Origin: an uncultured delta proteobacterium
GTDB lineage: Bacteria; Myxococcota_A; Polyangia; Polyangiales; B10-G4
Length of the DNA: 64,000 bases
Direction: 5' to 3'
Assembly: GCA_963727445.1 (NCBI GenBank)
Contig: CAVSGI010000021.1
Coordinates: 288,001 to 352,000, forward strand
In this document: positions 31,076 to 41,046 of the stretch, in pieces
Layout: the number at the start of each line of letters is the position of its first letter
Position numbering within the stretch: the first letter of the stretch is position 1
Notes under the pieces: generated by a model
Seen by the model: only the letters and a program-made list of their open reading frames with translations
Databases searched by the model: none
Told to the model about the DNA's origin: nothing
Made by a program: the position numbers and the translations under genes

Positions 31076-33940
31076 TCAGGGGTTGAAGACGATGCGGCGC
31101 TCGTGCGCCTCGAGCACTTCGCTTTCCGTCCAATTCATGGGGGGGGCTTCGTTGATCCGCCAGTGCTCCATTTCGTCCGCGTGGTGGGGGCTGTCGGGAT
31201 CCTGGCTCTCGCCGCCGGGCAGCGTGTTGCGGGGCATGGGACGCTCCGGGGTCATCTCCACCACCAAGCGCTGTACCGGGCCGCTGCCGTAGCTGTAGCT
31301 CGTGGTGGCGCCGAGGCCGAAGTTCGAGGCGTCGATGACGCCGAGATCCCCGTGACGGGGGAAGCCGTCGGGAAACATCGGATCGGTGTAGAGCGGGATG
31401 GAGAGCGCATCGGTGCTCGCCGGGATCTGCGGCAGGAGGGTCTCGAGGCGCAATGTGTGCAGCCGCCCCCATCGCCACATCTCGACGTCGGTGCCGAGCT
31501 CACCTTCGAGGAAGTCCAGCCCGGCGATGAAACCGGCCAGGATGCGCTGCCCGCGCGATTCGATCTCGGCGGTGTCCATGTCGTCCCACAGGACGCTGTC
31601 ACCCATGCCGCCACGCAGGGAGGCGTCGTAGGTCGCCATCGTCTCGGGGTGGAGCAACATGTTGGCGAAGGTGCGATTGCGGTAGCCGCTCCAGGTCCCG
31701 AGGGCCGACGCTTCGTCGCGGAGCGCGAGGTCCACGATACGACCGTAGACCGCGTTGAAGATCGTCGTCGCGATCGAGTCGGCGATCTCGTCGGCCGTCG
31801 GCGAGCCGATCGCAGCCGGCGGCGTCTCGAAGCTCCACGCCATCAGGCGATCATGCATGTCCTGGAGCTTGGGGACGGTGGCGGAGTCCATGGCCGCGAC
31901 CGTAGCCGACAGGTCGGCGTGGGTCCCCGGCGTGGCGGCCTCCTCGAGCGCCCGCTCGATCTCTTCCAAGAAGGCGGCGGTGAACAGGCGCCCGTAGGGA
32001 GACAGCGAATCTCCCTGGATTGCGCTCATGTCGTCGGGGACGATGCCGCCGCCGCCCGTCACGTGCTCGTCCAGGAGCTCCCGAATCCGCGCGATGCGAT
32101 CGCCGTCGTTGAAGTCCCAGCCGATGTAGTGGTCGTCGTCGAAGGGATTGCCGTCGCTGATCGTCCCGACCCCGTCGTTGTTGGCGGTGGCGATGTATCC
32201 GTCGGCGGGGTTCAGTGCGTGGGGCAGGTAGCGATCGGAGAGGAAGTCGATCCACTCGTACTCCCCCGTGCCGGGGAGCACGAAGCAGGGCGCGTAGCCC
32301 ATCTGGGTGTCGGGGTCGTAGGTCATGGCCCGGGCGTCGCGCACCGGGAGGTGGACCTGCGTCGACCAGAAGATGTCGCCTTCCCGAGTGATGGAGACCA
32401 GGTTCTGACCTCCGACCCCGAAGTTCTCGTAGGCCGCCTCGATGTCGGCGACGTTTTCGGCCTTCGCCATCTCGAGGAAGGCGCGGATCTCGTTGGTGGG
32501 CTCGTAGCCGGTCCACTTCACGCTGATCGCCGAGGTGGGAGTGCGCGTGTCCGGGATGATCCAGCGCGGCCCGCCGACGCCATCGGCGTGCTCGATGTAC
32601 TCGAAGGTCACGTCCATCGAAGAGCCGTCGCTGACCATGATGGTCTCGGTGACGGTCTGGATGGGGACCTGCATCCCCTTGTAGAGGACGGTGTCCGGCC
32701 CGCCCGACACCTCGGTGATCTCCTCGAGGTAGACGTCCGTCACGTCGAAGCCGTGGGTGGTGAGCCCCCATGCGACCTTGCCGTTGTAGCCGAGCAGGAC
32801 CGCCGGGGTCCCCGCCAGGGCGAGGCCCTGCACGTCGATGTCGCCGCCGGCGCGCATCGTGTTCACGTGCACCATCCAGAACAGGGGCGGGCTGTCGAGG
32901 CTGAGGTGGGGATCGTTCCCGAGGATGGGGTTGCCCGAGGCCGTCTGATCACCGGAGACCACCCAGCTGTTTGAGCCACGCGTTTCGTCGCCGAAGAGGC
33001 GCTGAAAGCGCGACTCGAAGCGCTCGGCGAAGCGGCTCGCGGCCGCGAGCTGGGCGCGGGAGGGGCTCGGCATGCGCGTCGTCGGCGCCGCTCGTGGGCG
33101 GACGATGGCGCGGGTGCCGGTGTCGGTCCCGACATTCGGGAAACCGTCGCGGGTGTAGACGTCGAAGATCGGCGCGAAGGGCACGAAGTCGTGGAGGGAG
33201 CCGGCGCGGGCGGCGATCACCGGATCTGCGTCACCCGCGGGGAAGGTGGTCTCGATGGCATCCCGGAGCTCGGTGAAGCGGATGTCGGTGCGCAGATCGA
33301 AGGAGAGCTCGGCGGACTGGAGGCGCGCGATGGCCAGGGTGTCGACGTTCGACCAGTCGTCGAGACGGTTGCCGAAGAGGCGGTAGGTGTTGGAGACGCC
33401 GCGCGGCAGAGACGCGTCCCCCTCGCGCACCGACTGGAGATAGGTGTTGACGCCCGCCGTGAAAGCGTCGAGGAGCGCGATCTCCTCCGGCGTCAGTGTG
33501 TCGAGGAGCTGGGTCGCGACGCGCGCGTAGCCAGCGAAGCGCGCCTGGATGTCGTCGTCGACCTGCGTCGGGTCGAGGCCGCCGGCGAGCTCCGCCCGGC
33601 GCCCGGTCGCCGCGCGCCGGAGCAGGTCCATCTGGCCCCAACGATCGCGCGCCATGAGGTAGCCCTGCGCGCGAAAGGCGTCGTCGAGACCCTCGGCGTA
33701 GATGTGCCACATCCCCCGCGCGTCCTGCACCGCGCTGACGCTCGCCGCCATGCCGTCGATGGACAGCTCCTCTTCGGGGGCGATCTCCTCGATGGTGGTC
33801 GGCGGACCGCTGTCCACCATCGCGTCCATCATCGCGTCCCCGCCATCGGTGCCGGTGTCACCTGGCCCTTCGTCGTCGCCGCACGCGGCCAACGCCAGAA
33901 CGAGCAGTGCCAAGACGGTCTGTTGCGCAATCGAAGTCAT
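31076..33940 (-). CDS. Penicillin acylase family Ntn-hydrolase (lipoprotein)
   Basis: HIYA, AQGY..DR..QM, G-SNSWVV autoproteolysis site, NDPHL, ANN. Confidence 0.92.
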   Translation of the reverse strand: MTSIAQQTVLALLVLALAACGDDEGPGDTGTDGGDAMMDAMVDSGPPTTIEEIAPEEELSIDGMAASVSAVQDARGMWHIYAEGLDDAFRAQGYLMARDRWGQMDLLRRAATGRRAELAGGLDPTQVDDDIQARFAGYARVATQLLDTLTPEEIALLDAFTAGVNTYLQSVREGDASLPRGVSNTYRLFGNRLDDWSNVDTLAIARLQSAELSFDLRTDIRFTELRDAIETTFPAGDADPVIAARAGSLHDFVPFAPIFDVYTRDGFPNVGTDTGTRAIVRPRAAPTTRMPSPSRAQLAAASRFAERFESRFQRLFGDETRGSNSWVVSGDQTASGNPILGNDPHLSLDSPPLFWMVHVNTMRAGGDIDVQGLALAGTPAVLLGYNGKVAWGLTTHGFDVTDVYLEEITEVSGGPDTVLYKGMQVPIQTVTETIMVSDGSSMDVTFEYIEHADGVGGPRWIIPDTRTPTSAISVKWTGYEPTNEIRAFLEMAKAENVADIEAAYENFGVGGQNLVSITREGDIFWSTQVHLPVRDARAMTYDPDTQMGYAPCFVLPGTGEYEWIDFLSDRYLPHALNPADGYIATANNDGVGTISDGNPFDDDHYIGWDFNDGDRIARIRELLDEHVTGGGGIVPDDMSAIQGDSLSPYGRLFTAAFLEEIERALEEAATPGTHADLSATVAAMDSATVPKLQDMHDRLMAWSFETPPAAIGSPTADEIADSIATTIFNAVYGRIVDLALRDEASALGTWSGYRNRTFANMLLHPETMATYDASLRGGMGDSVLWDDMDTAEIESRGQRILAGFIAGLDFLEGELGTDVEMWRWGRLHTLRLETLLPQIPASTDALSIPLYTDPMFPDGFPRHGDLGVIDASNFGLGATTSYSYGSGPVQRLVVEMTPERPMPRNTLPGGESQDPDSPHHADEMEHWRINEAPPMNWTESEVLEAHERRIVFNP

Positions 33941-34060
33941 GAAGGCCTCCGGAGGCGACTCTCATAGGGGATGGCAGGACCGGGCTCAAGTGAGGCCCCT
34001 ACAAAGGGCCCTCGGAACGGGTTTCTCTGAGGGGCCCAGGCCCCGTATAGTCCGGCCGCT

Positions 34061-35446
34061 TTGGAACGCTTTCGCCGGGCCCGCCTGCCCCTGGCCATCT
34101 ACGTGGCCTGCGCCGTGGTGTACGTCCTCTTTCTGGGGGACCGCGCCGCCCGTCCCAGCCCGGGGAACCCCGCCCGCGACAACCACTTCGTCTTTTTGGC
34201 CCAGAGCTACCTCCACGGGCAGCTCCACGTAGTCGGCAACCGCCCGCCCGGGACCAACGACTGGGCCTGCTACGACGCGGTGGAGCACGGCCCCTGTCCG
34301 GCGAACAGGCACCAGTTTCCGGAGCACCTGCAGGACCGCTACCGCTGGTACGTGAGCTTTCCGCCGCTCCCCGCGGTGGTGATCCTCCCGGTGGTCGCCG
34401 TGATGGGGGACCAGACGCCGGACGCCCTCTTCTGGGCGCTCCTCGCCGGGCTCGGTCCCGCGCTCCTCTTCGTCCTCCTCCGCTACTTGAGCGAATCGGG
34501 GCGCACCGAAAGGACCACGCGCGACAACCTCGCGCTCACCGCGCTCTTCGCCTTCGGGTCGGTCTACTTCTACACGGCGGTGCAGGGGACCGTGTGGTTC
34601 TCCGCGCACGTGGTCGCGGTGCCGCTGCTGGTGCTCTACGTCTTGTGGAGTCTCGAGGCGCGAAAGCCGGCGCTCGCCGGCTTGATGCTCGGCCTCGCCT
34701 TCATGACCCGGCCGACGACCGCGTTCCTCGTTCCCTTCTTCGCCATCGAAGCGATGGCGCTCACCCGCACCGACGAAGCGCCGCCGGTCGATCCCGAAAA
34801 GGGTCTGCTCCGGCGCGTGCACCAGTGGCTCGCCGGCGTGCGCTTCCGCGAGCTCATCGTGCCCTACGCCAAGTTTGCGGCGCCCATCCTGGTCATCGGC
34901 GCCATCGCGATGTGGATGAACGAAGCGCGCTTCGAGGATCCCTTCGAGTTCGGGCACCGCTACCTGCAGATCCGCTGGCGCCCGCGCATCGAGCGTTGGG
35001 GCCTGTTCAACTATCACTACCTCGGCAAGAACCTCGCGGTCTTCCTGGCCGCGCTCCCCTGGCTCACCGCCAACGAGCCCTTCTTGAAGATCAGCCGGCA
35101 TGGCCTCGCGCTCTGGGTGACGACCCCGCAGCTGCTCACCGCGCTGTGGCCCAAGAAGACGAACACGACCATGGTCGCGATGTTCATCTCCGCGGGCATC
35201 GTGGCGCTCTTGAACCTCTGCTACCAGAACAGCGGTTGGGTTCAGTTCGGCTACCGCTTCAGCCTGGACTACGCGGTCATGCTCTGGGCGCTCCTCGCCA
35301 TGGGCGGACGCCGCTTCGGTGCGGGCTTCTATCTGCTCCTGATCTGGGCCATCGCCATCAACGCATTCGGTGCGATCACCTTCGATCGGGCCGGCATGTT
35401 CTACGATGGCGATCCCACGCAAAACGTGATCTTCCATCCCGATTGA
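34061..35446 (+). CDS. Polytopic membrane protein, GT-C glycosyltransferase-like
   Basis: About 10 TM helices, FPP.PA, TRP, N..RF..PFEFG, QFGYRF motifs. Confidence 0.55.
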   Translation: MERFRRARLPLAIYVACAVVYVLFLGDRAARPSPGNPARDNHFVFLAQSYLHGQLHVVGNRPPGTNDWACYDAVEHGPCPANRHQFPEHLQDRYRWYVSFPPLPAVVILPVVAVMGDQTPDALFWALLAGLGPALLFVLLRYLSESGRTERTTRDNLALTALFAFGSVYFYTAVQGTVWFSAHVVAVPLLVLYVLWSLEARKPALAGLMLGLAFMTRPTTAFLVPFFAIEAMALTRTDEAPPVDPEKGLLRRVHQWLAGVRFRELIVPYAKFAAPILVIGAIAMWMNEARFEDPFEFGHRYLQIRWRPRIERWGLFNYHYLGKNLAVFLAALPWLTANEPFLKISRHGLALWVTTPQLLTALWPKKTNTTMVAMFISAGIVALLNLCYQNSGWVQFGYRFSLDYAVMLWALLAMGGRRFGAGFYLLLIWAIAINAFGAITFDRAGMFYDGDPTQNVIFHPD

Positions 35447-35660
35447 AGCGCCGCCGGGTTCCACGTCGATTAAGTGGGAATTAAGTTCCCTGCGATCGGG
35501 GGGGGCTAGCTTCCCGCGCGATGATGACTTCCCCCGAAGCCCGAATCGCCATCGCGATCCCTTCCTTCGCTTCCGCGTAGACGATCGCGCCAATCCACGC
35601 GTGAAAACGCGGGCTTTCTTCTCTCATGTTCGCCGCTCGGCGGTGATACCCTTTGAGGAC

Positions 35661-36434
35661 ATGAGGGGCAGACTGCTCGCGAGCGCGTTCGTCTTTCTTC
35701 TCCTGTCGGGGCTGACCACTTCGGCCCTCGCGCAGGAGACCGATCCGGAGGCGGAGGACACGGCGCGCGCGCGGACCCTCTTCTCCGAAGGGATCGCGCT
35801 CGCGGCGGACGAGCAGTTCGCGGACGCGGCGGACCACTTCCGCGCGGCCTACGCGATCCACCCCACGCCCGCCATCGCCTACAACCTCGCCGCCGCGCTG
35901 GTGAAGCTCGATCTGCTCCTCGAAGCGTCGGAGCTGGTGCGCAGCGTGCTGGGCGACTCCGAGAGCCCCGCTCAGGTGCGGCAGTTGGCCGAGGGCCTGA
36001 GGCCGCAGATCGAGGAGCGCATGGCCCGTCTGACCGTCTCGGTCGACGGCGACCTCGCCGGCGCGGAGGTCCAGGTGGATCGACGCACGATGCGGGAGGG
36101 GGAGCTTGGAGTCGCTTTCCCGATGGATCCGGGCGACCACGTGGTGACGGCCACCCGTGAGGGGGACGTGCTCGAGGAGCAGGCCGTGACGCTCGACGTC
36201 GGCGGCAGCGCCGAGGTGACGCTGGCGGCGTCGACCTGGCCCGCGCCGGTGCAGGAGCAAATCACCGTTGAGCCTCCGGCCGAGGAGCCGAGCCCGCCTT
36301 TCTACTCCACGTGGTGGTTCTGGACGATCGTCGGCGTGGCGGTCGCCGGCGCGGCGGTCGCCATCGTCTTCGCCGCGAGCGGTACCGAGGACGCCGTCGC
36401 CGGCAACGCGAACCCGGGTGTGATCACGTTCTGA
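35661..36434 (+). CDS. TPR + PEGA-like protein with C-terminal TM
   Basis: ARTLF.EG..A..F.AAY, AEVQVD..PGDH.V, PFYSTWWFWT. Confidence 0.75.
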   Translation: MRGRLLASAFVFLLLSGLTTSALAQETDPEAEDTARARTLFSEGIALAADEQFADAADHFRAAYAIHPTPAIAYNLAAALVKLDLLLEASELVRSVLGDSESPAQVRQLAEGLRPQIEERMARLTVSVDGDLAGAEVQVDRRTMREGELGVAFPMDPGDHVVTATREGDVLEEQAVTLDVGGSAEVTLAASTWPAPVQEQITVEPPAEEPSPPFYSTWWFWTIVGVAVAGAAVAIVFAASGTEDAVAGNANPGVITF

Positions 36435-37726
36435 TGAAGAGGCTCGCGACAGCGGCGATGTTGGCCCTCTTCGTAGGCACGGTCGGGTGCACCTCGCCCC
36501 GTACGGAGCTCATCGTCGTCGTCGACACCGACCTCTCCGTGCCCGACGCGCTGGACCGCATCGTCTTCGAGATCGTCGGGCCCGAGGGGCAGATGGCCAC
36601 CGCAGCGGCCGACCCTGCCGCGGGCTTGCCGGCCTACCTGGGCGTGGTCCACACCGAAGGGGCGCTCTCCCCGGTGGAGGTCCGGGTCACGGGACGCATC
36701 GGCGGCAGCGACATCGTGGAGCGGCGGGCCCGGACCGCTTTCCAGCAGGACCGCACCCTCGTCCTCACCATGAACCTCCTCGGCTCGTGTGCGGGCGCGA
36801 TGTCGGTGTGCTCCGCGGTGGAGACCTGCGCCGAGTCGGGGTGCCGCCCCGTGGACGTGGACGACGGCGAGCTCAGCGAGTGGAACGGGTCGGCGCCCGT
36901 TCACATGGACGGCGGCGTTCCCACCGATGGCGCGATGGACGCACCGATGGGCAGCCCGGAGGTCTGTAACGGCGAGGACGACGACCTGGACATGATGGTC
37001 GACGAGGACTTCGACCTGAGCACCGACCGGGAAAACTGCGGCTCCTGTGGGAACGCGTGCACGGACCCGACGCCGGTCTGCGAGGCGGGGATGTGCGCCA
37101 TCGGCGCCTGCGGCGGCTCGCTGGTGGATTGCGACATGGACGCCACGAACGGCTGCGAGGCGGATACCACCAGCGACGACGCGAACTGCGGCAGCTGCGG
37201 AAACGCTTGCGGGATGGGAACCAGCTGCATGGCGGGGACGTGCGCGTGTCCGTCACCGTTCGGACTCGGCAGCTCGGGTTGCACCGATCTGTCGCGCGAC
37301 CCGCTGAACTGCGGCTCCTCGGGCAACGTCTGCGCCGGCGGCCAGGCGTGCATCGGCGGGAGCTGCGTCTGCCGACCCGGGCTGACGGATGCCGGCGGCA
37401 CCTGCGTCAACCTGCTCACGGATGTCGCGAATTGCGGCGCGGTCGGCAACGCTTGCAGCGGCAGCCAGAACTGCCGCGACGGATCGTGCGCACCCAGCTG
37501 CGGCAGCGCCGACATCTGCGATCGTGGGTGCGTGGACCTGGACATCGACGTGCTGAACTGCGGCGCCTGTGCGACGGCCTGCGCCTCGAACGAGCTCTGC
37601 GAGGCGGGGTCCTGCGTGCCCTACACCCTCGAGTACACCTGCGATCGTTGCCCTTGCGCCGGCTGCGCCACCGGTGGCTGCCGTCGCTATCCGGATGCCG
37701 GGCAGATCGTCTGCACCCCGGGTTGA
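36434..37726 (+). CDS. Cys-rich repeat lipoprotein (Stig1-like repeats)
   Basis: Lipobox VGC; repeated D..NCG.CG.AC units. Confidence 0.8.
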   Translation: MKRLATAAMLALFVGTVGCTSPRTELIVVVDTDLSVPDALDRIVFEIVGPEGQMATAAADPAAGLPAYLGVVHTEGALSPVEVRVTGRIGGSDIVERRARTAFQQDRTLVLTMNLLGSCAGAMSVCSAVETCAESGCRPVDVDDGELSEWNGSAPVHMDGGVPTDGAMDAPMGSPEVCNGEDDDLDMMVDEDFDLSTDRENCGSCGNACTDPTPVCEAGMCAIGACGGSLVDCDMDATNGCEADTTSDDANCGSCGNACGMGTSCMAGTCACPSPFGLGSSGCTDLSRDPLNCGSSGNVCAGGQACIGGSCVCRPGLTDAGGTCVNLLTDVANCGAVGNACSGSQNCRDGSCAPSCGSADICDRGCVDLDIDVLNCGACATACASNELCEAGSCVPYTLEYTCDRCPCAGCATGGCRRYPDAGQIVCTPG

Positions 37727-37733
37727 GGGCGAT

Positions 37734-38636
37734 TCAGCGAAACGGGCTCCCTTTCCCCGAGACCAACGTCCGCGCCAGCGCGCTGGCGGGACCTTTCACC
37801 AGGTGAAAAGAGTGGAGCGTCGGGTCGTCGTGCTCGACCTGCACACGCATCAGCGTTTGCTGTGCCTCGGCGCGCCGTCCTTCGGCGGCGAAGGCGTGGG
37901 CCTCGGCGACGGCGCGCTCGAGGGCGTAGCGCTCGTCGGCGATCCACGAAGCGAGGGCCTTTGCTTCTCGGCGTCGGCCCACCGCAGCCGCCGTGATCGC
38001 GTCGATGGCCAGACGCCATTCCTCCCACGGGCCGTCGAGGCTCCCCTCGATTCCGTCGAGAACGTTGCGCGCGTCGTCCATCTGTCCGAGGTGCATGTGG
38101 GACAGGGCGCCGTACACGGCCAGGTAGCGGGACCCGCGCGCGTTGATTCGGTCGTAGCGCGCGTCGTCGAGGAGCTCGAGCAGCTCTTCGTGCAGCGACG
38201 CGCGGCACAGCGTATCCACCGTGTCGAGGAGCGTGTGCGCGTATCGCTCGTGATCGGTGCTCTGCTCGGCCACCCGAAGCCTTCGGAAAAGCGTCACGAG
38301 CGCACGCGGCCCGTCGGCCGAGCCGAGCCGGGCGACGAGGCGCGCCTTTCTCGCCGGGCCCACCACGTCGGGGAGCACCTTGATCACGACGCACCAGGCG
38401 AAGAGCGCGCCGATGGTGCCGCCGAGCGCAGAGAAGCCCTCGAGAGGCAGGGAGAAGAAGCGATGGGCGAAGGGGCCGAGCGCCAGGCCGAGGGTGGTGG
38501 AGGCGGCGAGGCCGAACGTGACCCGGCTGTCGGGGGGCGCGCCCCAGAGGCGTCGGGCCCAGACGTTCAGCGCGGCGAGCGCAGGGCCGGTGAGGCCGAT
38601 GGCGAGGAGGCAGAGGAGCGTGCCGAGCACGCTCAT
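37734..38636 (-). CDS. Membrane protein with TPR-like helical C-domain
   Basis: Three TM helices then Ala-rich helices; ends GPASALART. Confidence 0.6.
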   Translation of the reverse strand: MSVLGTLLCLLAIGLTGPALAALNVWARRLWGAPPDSRVTFGLAASTTLGLALGPFAHRFFSLPLEGFSALGGTIGALFAWCVVIKVLPDVVGPARKARLVARLGSADGPRALVTLFRRLRVAEQSTDHERYAHTLLDTVDTLCRASLHEELLELLDDARYDRINARGSRYLAVYGALSHMHLGQMDDARNVLDGIEGSLDGPWEEWRLAIDAITAAAVGRRREAKALASWIADERYALERAVAEAHAFAAEGRRAEAQQTLMRVQVEHDDPTLHSFHLVKGPASALARTLVSGKGSPFR

Positions 38637-38726
38637 GTTCCCGCTCCTGCTGCCCCGATGCGCTTCGTCGAAGGATCGCTCGGGGGTACTGCCATGACAT
38701 CACGTTAGGTGGCGAAAAGCGGTCGG

Positions 38727-39620
38727 TCAATCGGCTTCGCCCGCCATCGTCCGTGCCAGGCCGCTGGCGGGGCCTTCGGGGGTGAGGGCTTGATCCAGCC
38801 CCCCTTCTCCCAACCTCTCCAAGAGGCCTTGGAGCTCTGCCCGGGCTTCTTCTTCTCTTCCGAGGGCGGCCAGCGCATGGGCGCGAACCAGATGGCAGGA
38901 TGCGGCGAAGGAGGGGTCGGCGTCTTCGCTCGGTGCCTCGGTCGCGGACAAGGCCTGCTCCGGTGTATCCCCGAGGGCATCGAGGAGGGCCTCGAGGGTG
39001 CGTATCCACGCTTCGACCGAAGGGTCCGCGGCGGGGCGGTCGAGCCCATCGAGGGCCTGTCGGGCACCCTCTAGGTCACCGAGGCGCACTCGGCACGTCG
39101 ACAGCGCCTGCGCGACCAACGCCCTCGAGTGTGGTGAGAGGCTGTCTTCGGGGATGCGCTCCAAGAGGGTGCGCGCGTAGTCGAAGAGCGCGACCTGGCT
39201 CGCTGCGCCGACGACCACCAGCGCGGTCTCGGCGTAGAGGTTCCATCCCTTCTTCGCCAGCCTCTCGAGGTTTTCGTCGATGGTCTCGCGCGCCCGATCG
39301 CGCGTCGTGGGATCGGTCAGTCGCATGGCGAGGAGCAAGGTGCCGCGCGCGTGGCGACCACGCCGCGCGCGAAGCCAGGTGAGGGTCGCCATGAATGTCC
39401 CACCGACGACCGCGCCGAGGACACCGCGCGTCGGGCCCCCCGCGGCGGCGCATCCTTCGACGATCGCCCCGATGAGGAAGGTCCCGAGGGACGTGACCAT
39501 CGCCGAGCGCAGGACGGTGCGCGTCGGCAACAGGCCGAAGGGCACGCGCCACGCGAAAGCCAGGGACAGCGGTGCGGCCAGGCCGAGGACGACGGCCGTG
39601 ACGGCGACCGGCAGGAGCAC
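38727..39620 (-). CDS. Membrane protein with TPR-like helical C-domain (probable paralog of 37734-38636)
   Basis: Three TM helices; ends GPASGLART. Confidence 0.6.
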   Translation of the reverse strand: MLLPVAVTAVVLGLAAPLSLAFAWRVPFGLLPTRTVLRSAMVTSLGTFLIGAIVEGCAAAGGPTRGVLGAVVGGTFMATLTWLRARRGRHARGTLLLAMRLTDPTTRDRARETIDENLERLAKKGWNLYAETALVVVGAASQVALFDYARTLLERIPEDSLSPHSRALVAQALSTCRVRLGDLEGARQALDGLDRPAADPSVEAWIRTLEALLDALGDTPEQALSATEAPSEDADPSFAASCHLVRAHALAALGREEEARAELQGLLERLGEGGLDQALTPEGPASGLARTMAGEAD

Positions 39621-39626
39621 GACGAG

Positions 39627-40250
39627 TCAGTTCATGCCGCGGCGCTGCATGCCCATCATGCTCGCGCTGTCGCGGTTCACGCGCTCGCGCTCCGCGATGC
39701 GCTCGCGGACCGCGACGTACTCCTCGGCCTGCTGCCGCTGGGCGTCGATGGCGTTGATTCGCTCGCGGCCGATCTCGGGGCTCGCGACCTGACGGTGCGC
39801 GTCGGCGAACTCGACGAAGGTCTGCCACGCCTCGCGCGCCGCCTCGAGCTCTCCCTCGGTGCGCTCGAGGGTCTCCGCCATGCCCTGCAGGCACCGCGCG
39901 CGCTGCCGGTCGTCGTTGGTCTGTCCGGCGAATTGGACGCAGGAGCGGAAACGCTCGAGGGCCTGGGGGAGGTTGTCCTGGATGCGATCGATCTCGCCGG
40001 CGATGTAGAAGGCGAAGGGGTTCGAGGGCTCGATCTGGAAGGCCTCGCTGAGCACCTCGCGCGCCGCGTCGTAGTCGCGGTTCTTGGCGCGCCGGATCGC
40101 GTCCTGGACCTTCAACGTGTACTCGGAGGCGTGCGGCGGCTCTGCCGCAGGGCTCTCCGACTCGTCGTCGCCCTCTTGTGCGAGGACCGAGAGCGCCGGC
40201 ACGGCGAGCAAGAGCAGGAGCGTGGCGAGGGCGAGCCTGGACGAACGCAT
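39627..40250 (-). CDS. Secreted TPR protein
   Basis: Signal peptide; AFQIEPSNPFAFY..GE. Confidence 0.7.
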   Translation of the reverse strand: MRSSRLALATLLLLLAVPALSVLAQEGDDESESPAAEPPHASEYTLKVQDAIRRAKNRDYDAAREVLSEAFQIEPSNPFAFYIAGEIDRIQDNLPQALERFRSCVQFAGQTNDDRQRARCLQGMAETLERTEGELEAAREAWQTFVEFADAHRQVASPEIGRERINAIDAQRQQAEEYVAVRERIAERERVNRDSASMMGMQRRGMN

Positions 40251-40302
40251 GGGCGCATCCTACCCCAGGTCGGGGCGGGAGGGAAAAGCGCGACCTCGGC
40301 CT

Positions 40303-40965
40303 TCAGGTGGGGTTCTGCGGCAGCACGAGGGCGCTGCGGAAGGCGTAGTAATAGCGCAGGACGCGCTGAACGTAGCGTCGCGTCTCGGCGTAGGGCGGAA
40401 CCCCGCGGTAACGGACGACCGCGCCTTCACCGGCGTTGTAGGCCGCGATGGTCAGCACCAGGTCGCCGTTGAACTTGTTCGCGAGGACCCGCAGGTAGCG
40501 CGCGCCACCCAGGATGTTCTGGCGCGGGTCGAAGGGATCGCGAACGCCCATGGACGAGGCGGTGCGCGGCATGAGCTGCATCAGCCCCATCGCGCCCGCG
40601 TGGGAGACGACCTCCGGGCTGAAGTCGCTCTCGACGCGCATCACGGCCCGGATGAAGGACTCCGGGAGCTGGTAGAGGTTCGCGGCTTCGCGGATGTGAT
40701 GGTCGTAGCGAACGTAGCGGTCGGGCGAAGTGTCGCGCGCGCGCACCCGGTCTCGGCTCGCGTTGGGCCGGGCGGGGCCCGGACGGTCGCCGCGGATGAT
40801 CAGTCGGCAGCCGCGTCCCGCCGCTCCCGATGGACGCACGTTGGTGAAATGCACCTCGCCGTCGGGACCCCGGCATTGGTAGATGTCGGCGCGGGCCGGG
40901 GCGGCCGTGGACGCGAGGAGCGCGACCGCCGCGACCCAGAGCCACGCTTTTCGGCCGAAAACCAT
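40303..40965 (-). CDS. Lytic transglycosylase (SLT) with DUF4124-like N-domain
   Basis: VES, GAMGLMQLMP, AYNAG, ETRRYV; IY...DG.VHFTN. Confidence 0.92.
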   Translation of the reverse strand: MVFGRKAWLWVAAVALLASTAAPARADIYQCRGPDGEVHFTNVRPSGAAGRGCRLIIRGDRPGPARPNASRDRVRARDTSPDRYVRYDHHIREAANLYQLPESFIRAVMRVESDFSPEVVSHAGAMGLMQLMPRTASSMGVRDPFDPRQNILGGARYLRVLANKFNGDLVLTIAAYNAGEGAVVRYRGVPPYAETRRYVQRVLRYYYAFRSALVLPQNPT

Positions 40966-41046
40966 CTGGCTGCATTGTAGGGCGCTTGCGCCATCAGCGC
41001 CAAAAGCCGGCCACATCCGCCCTGCCGGCGGCTATCCTCCACCGCC

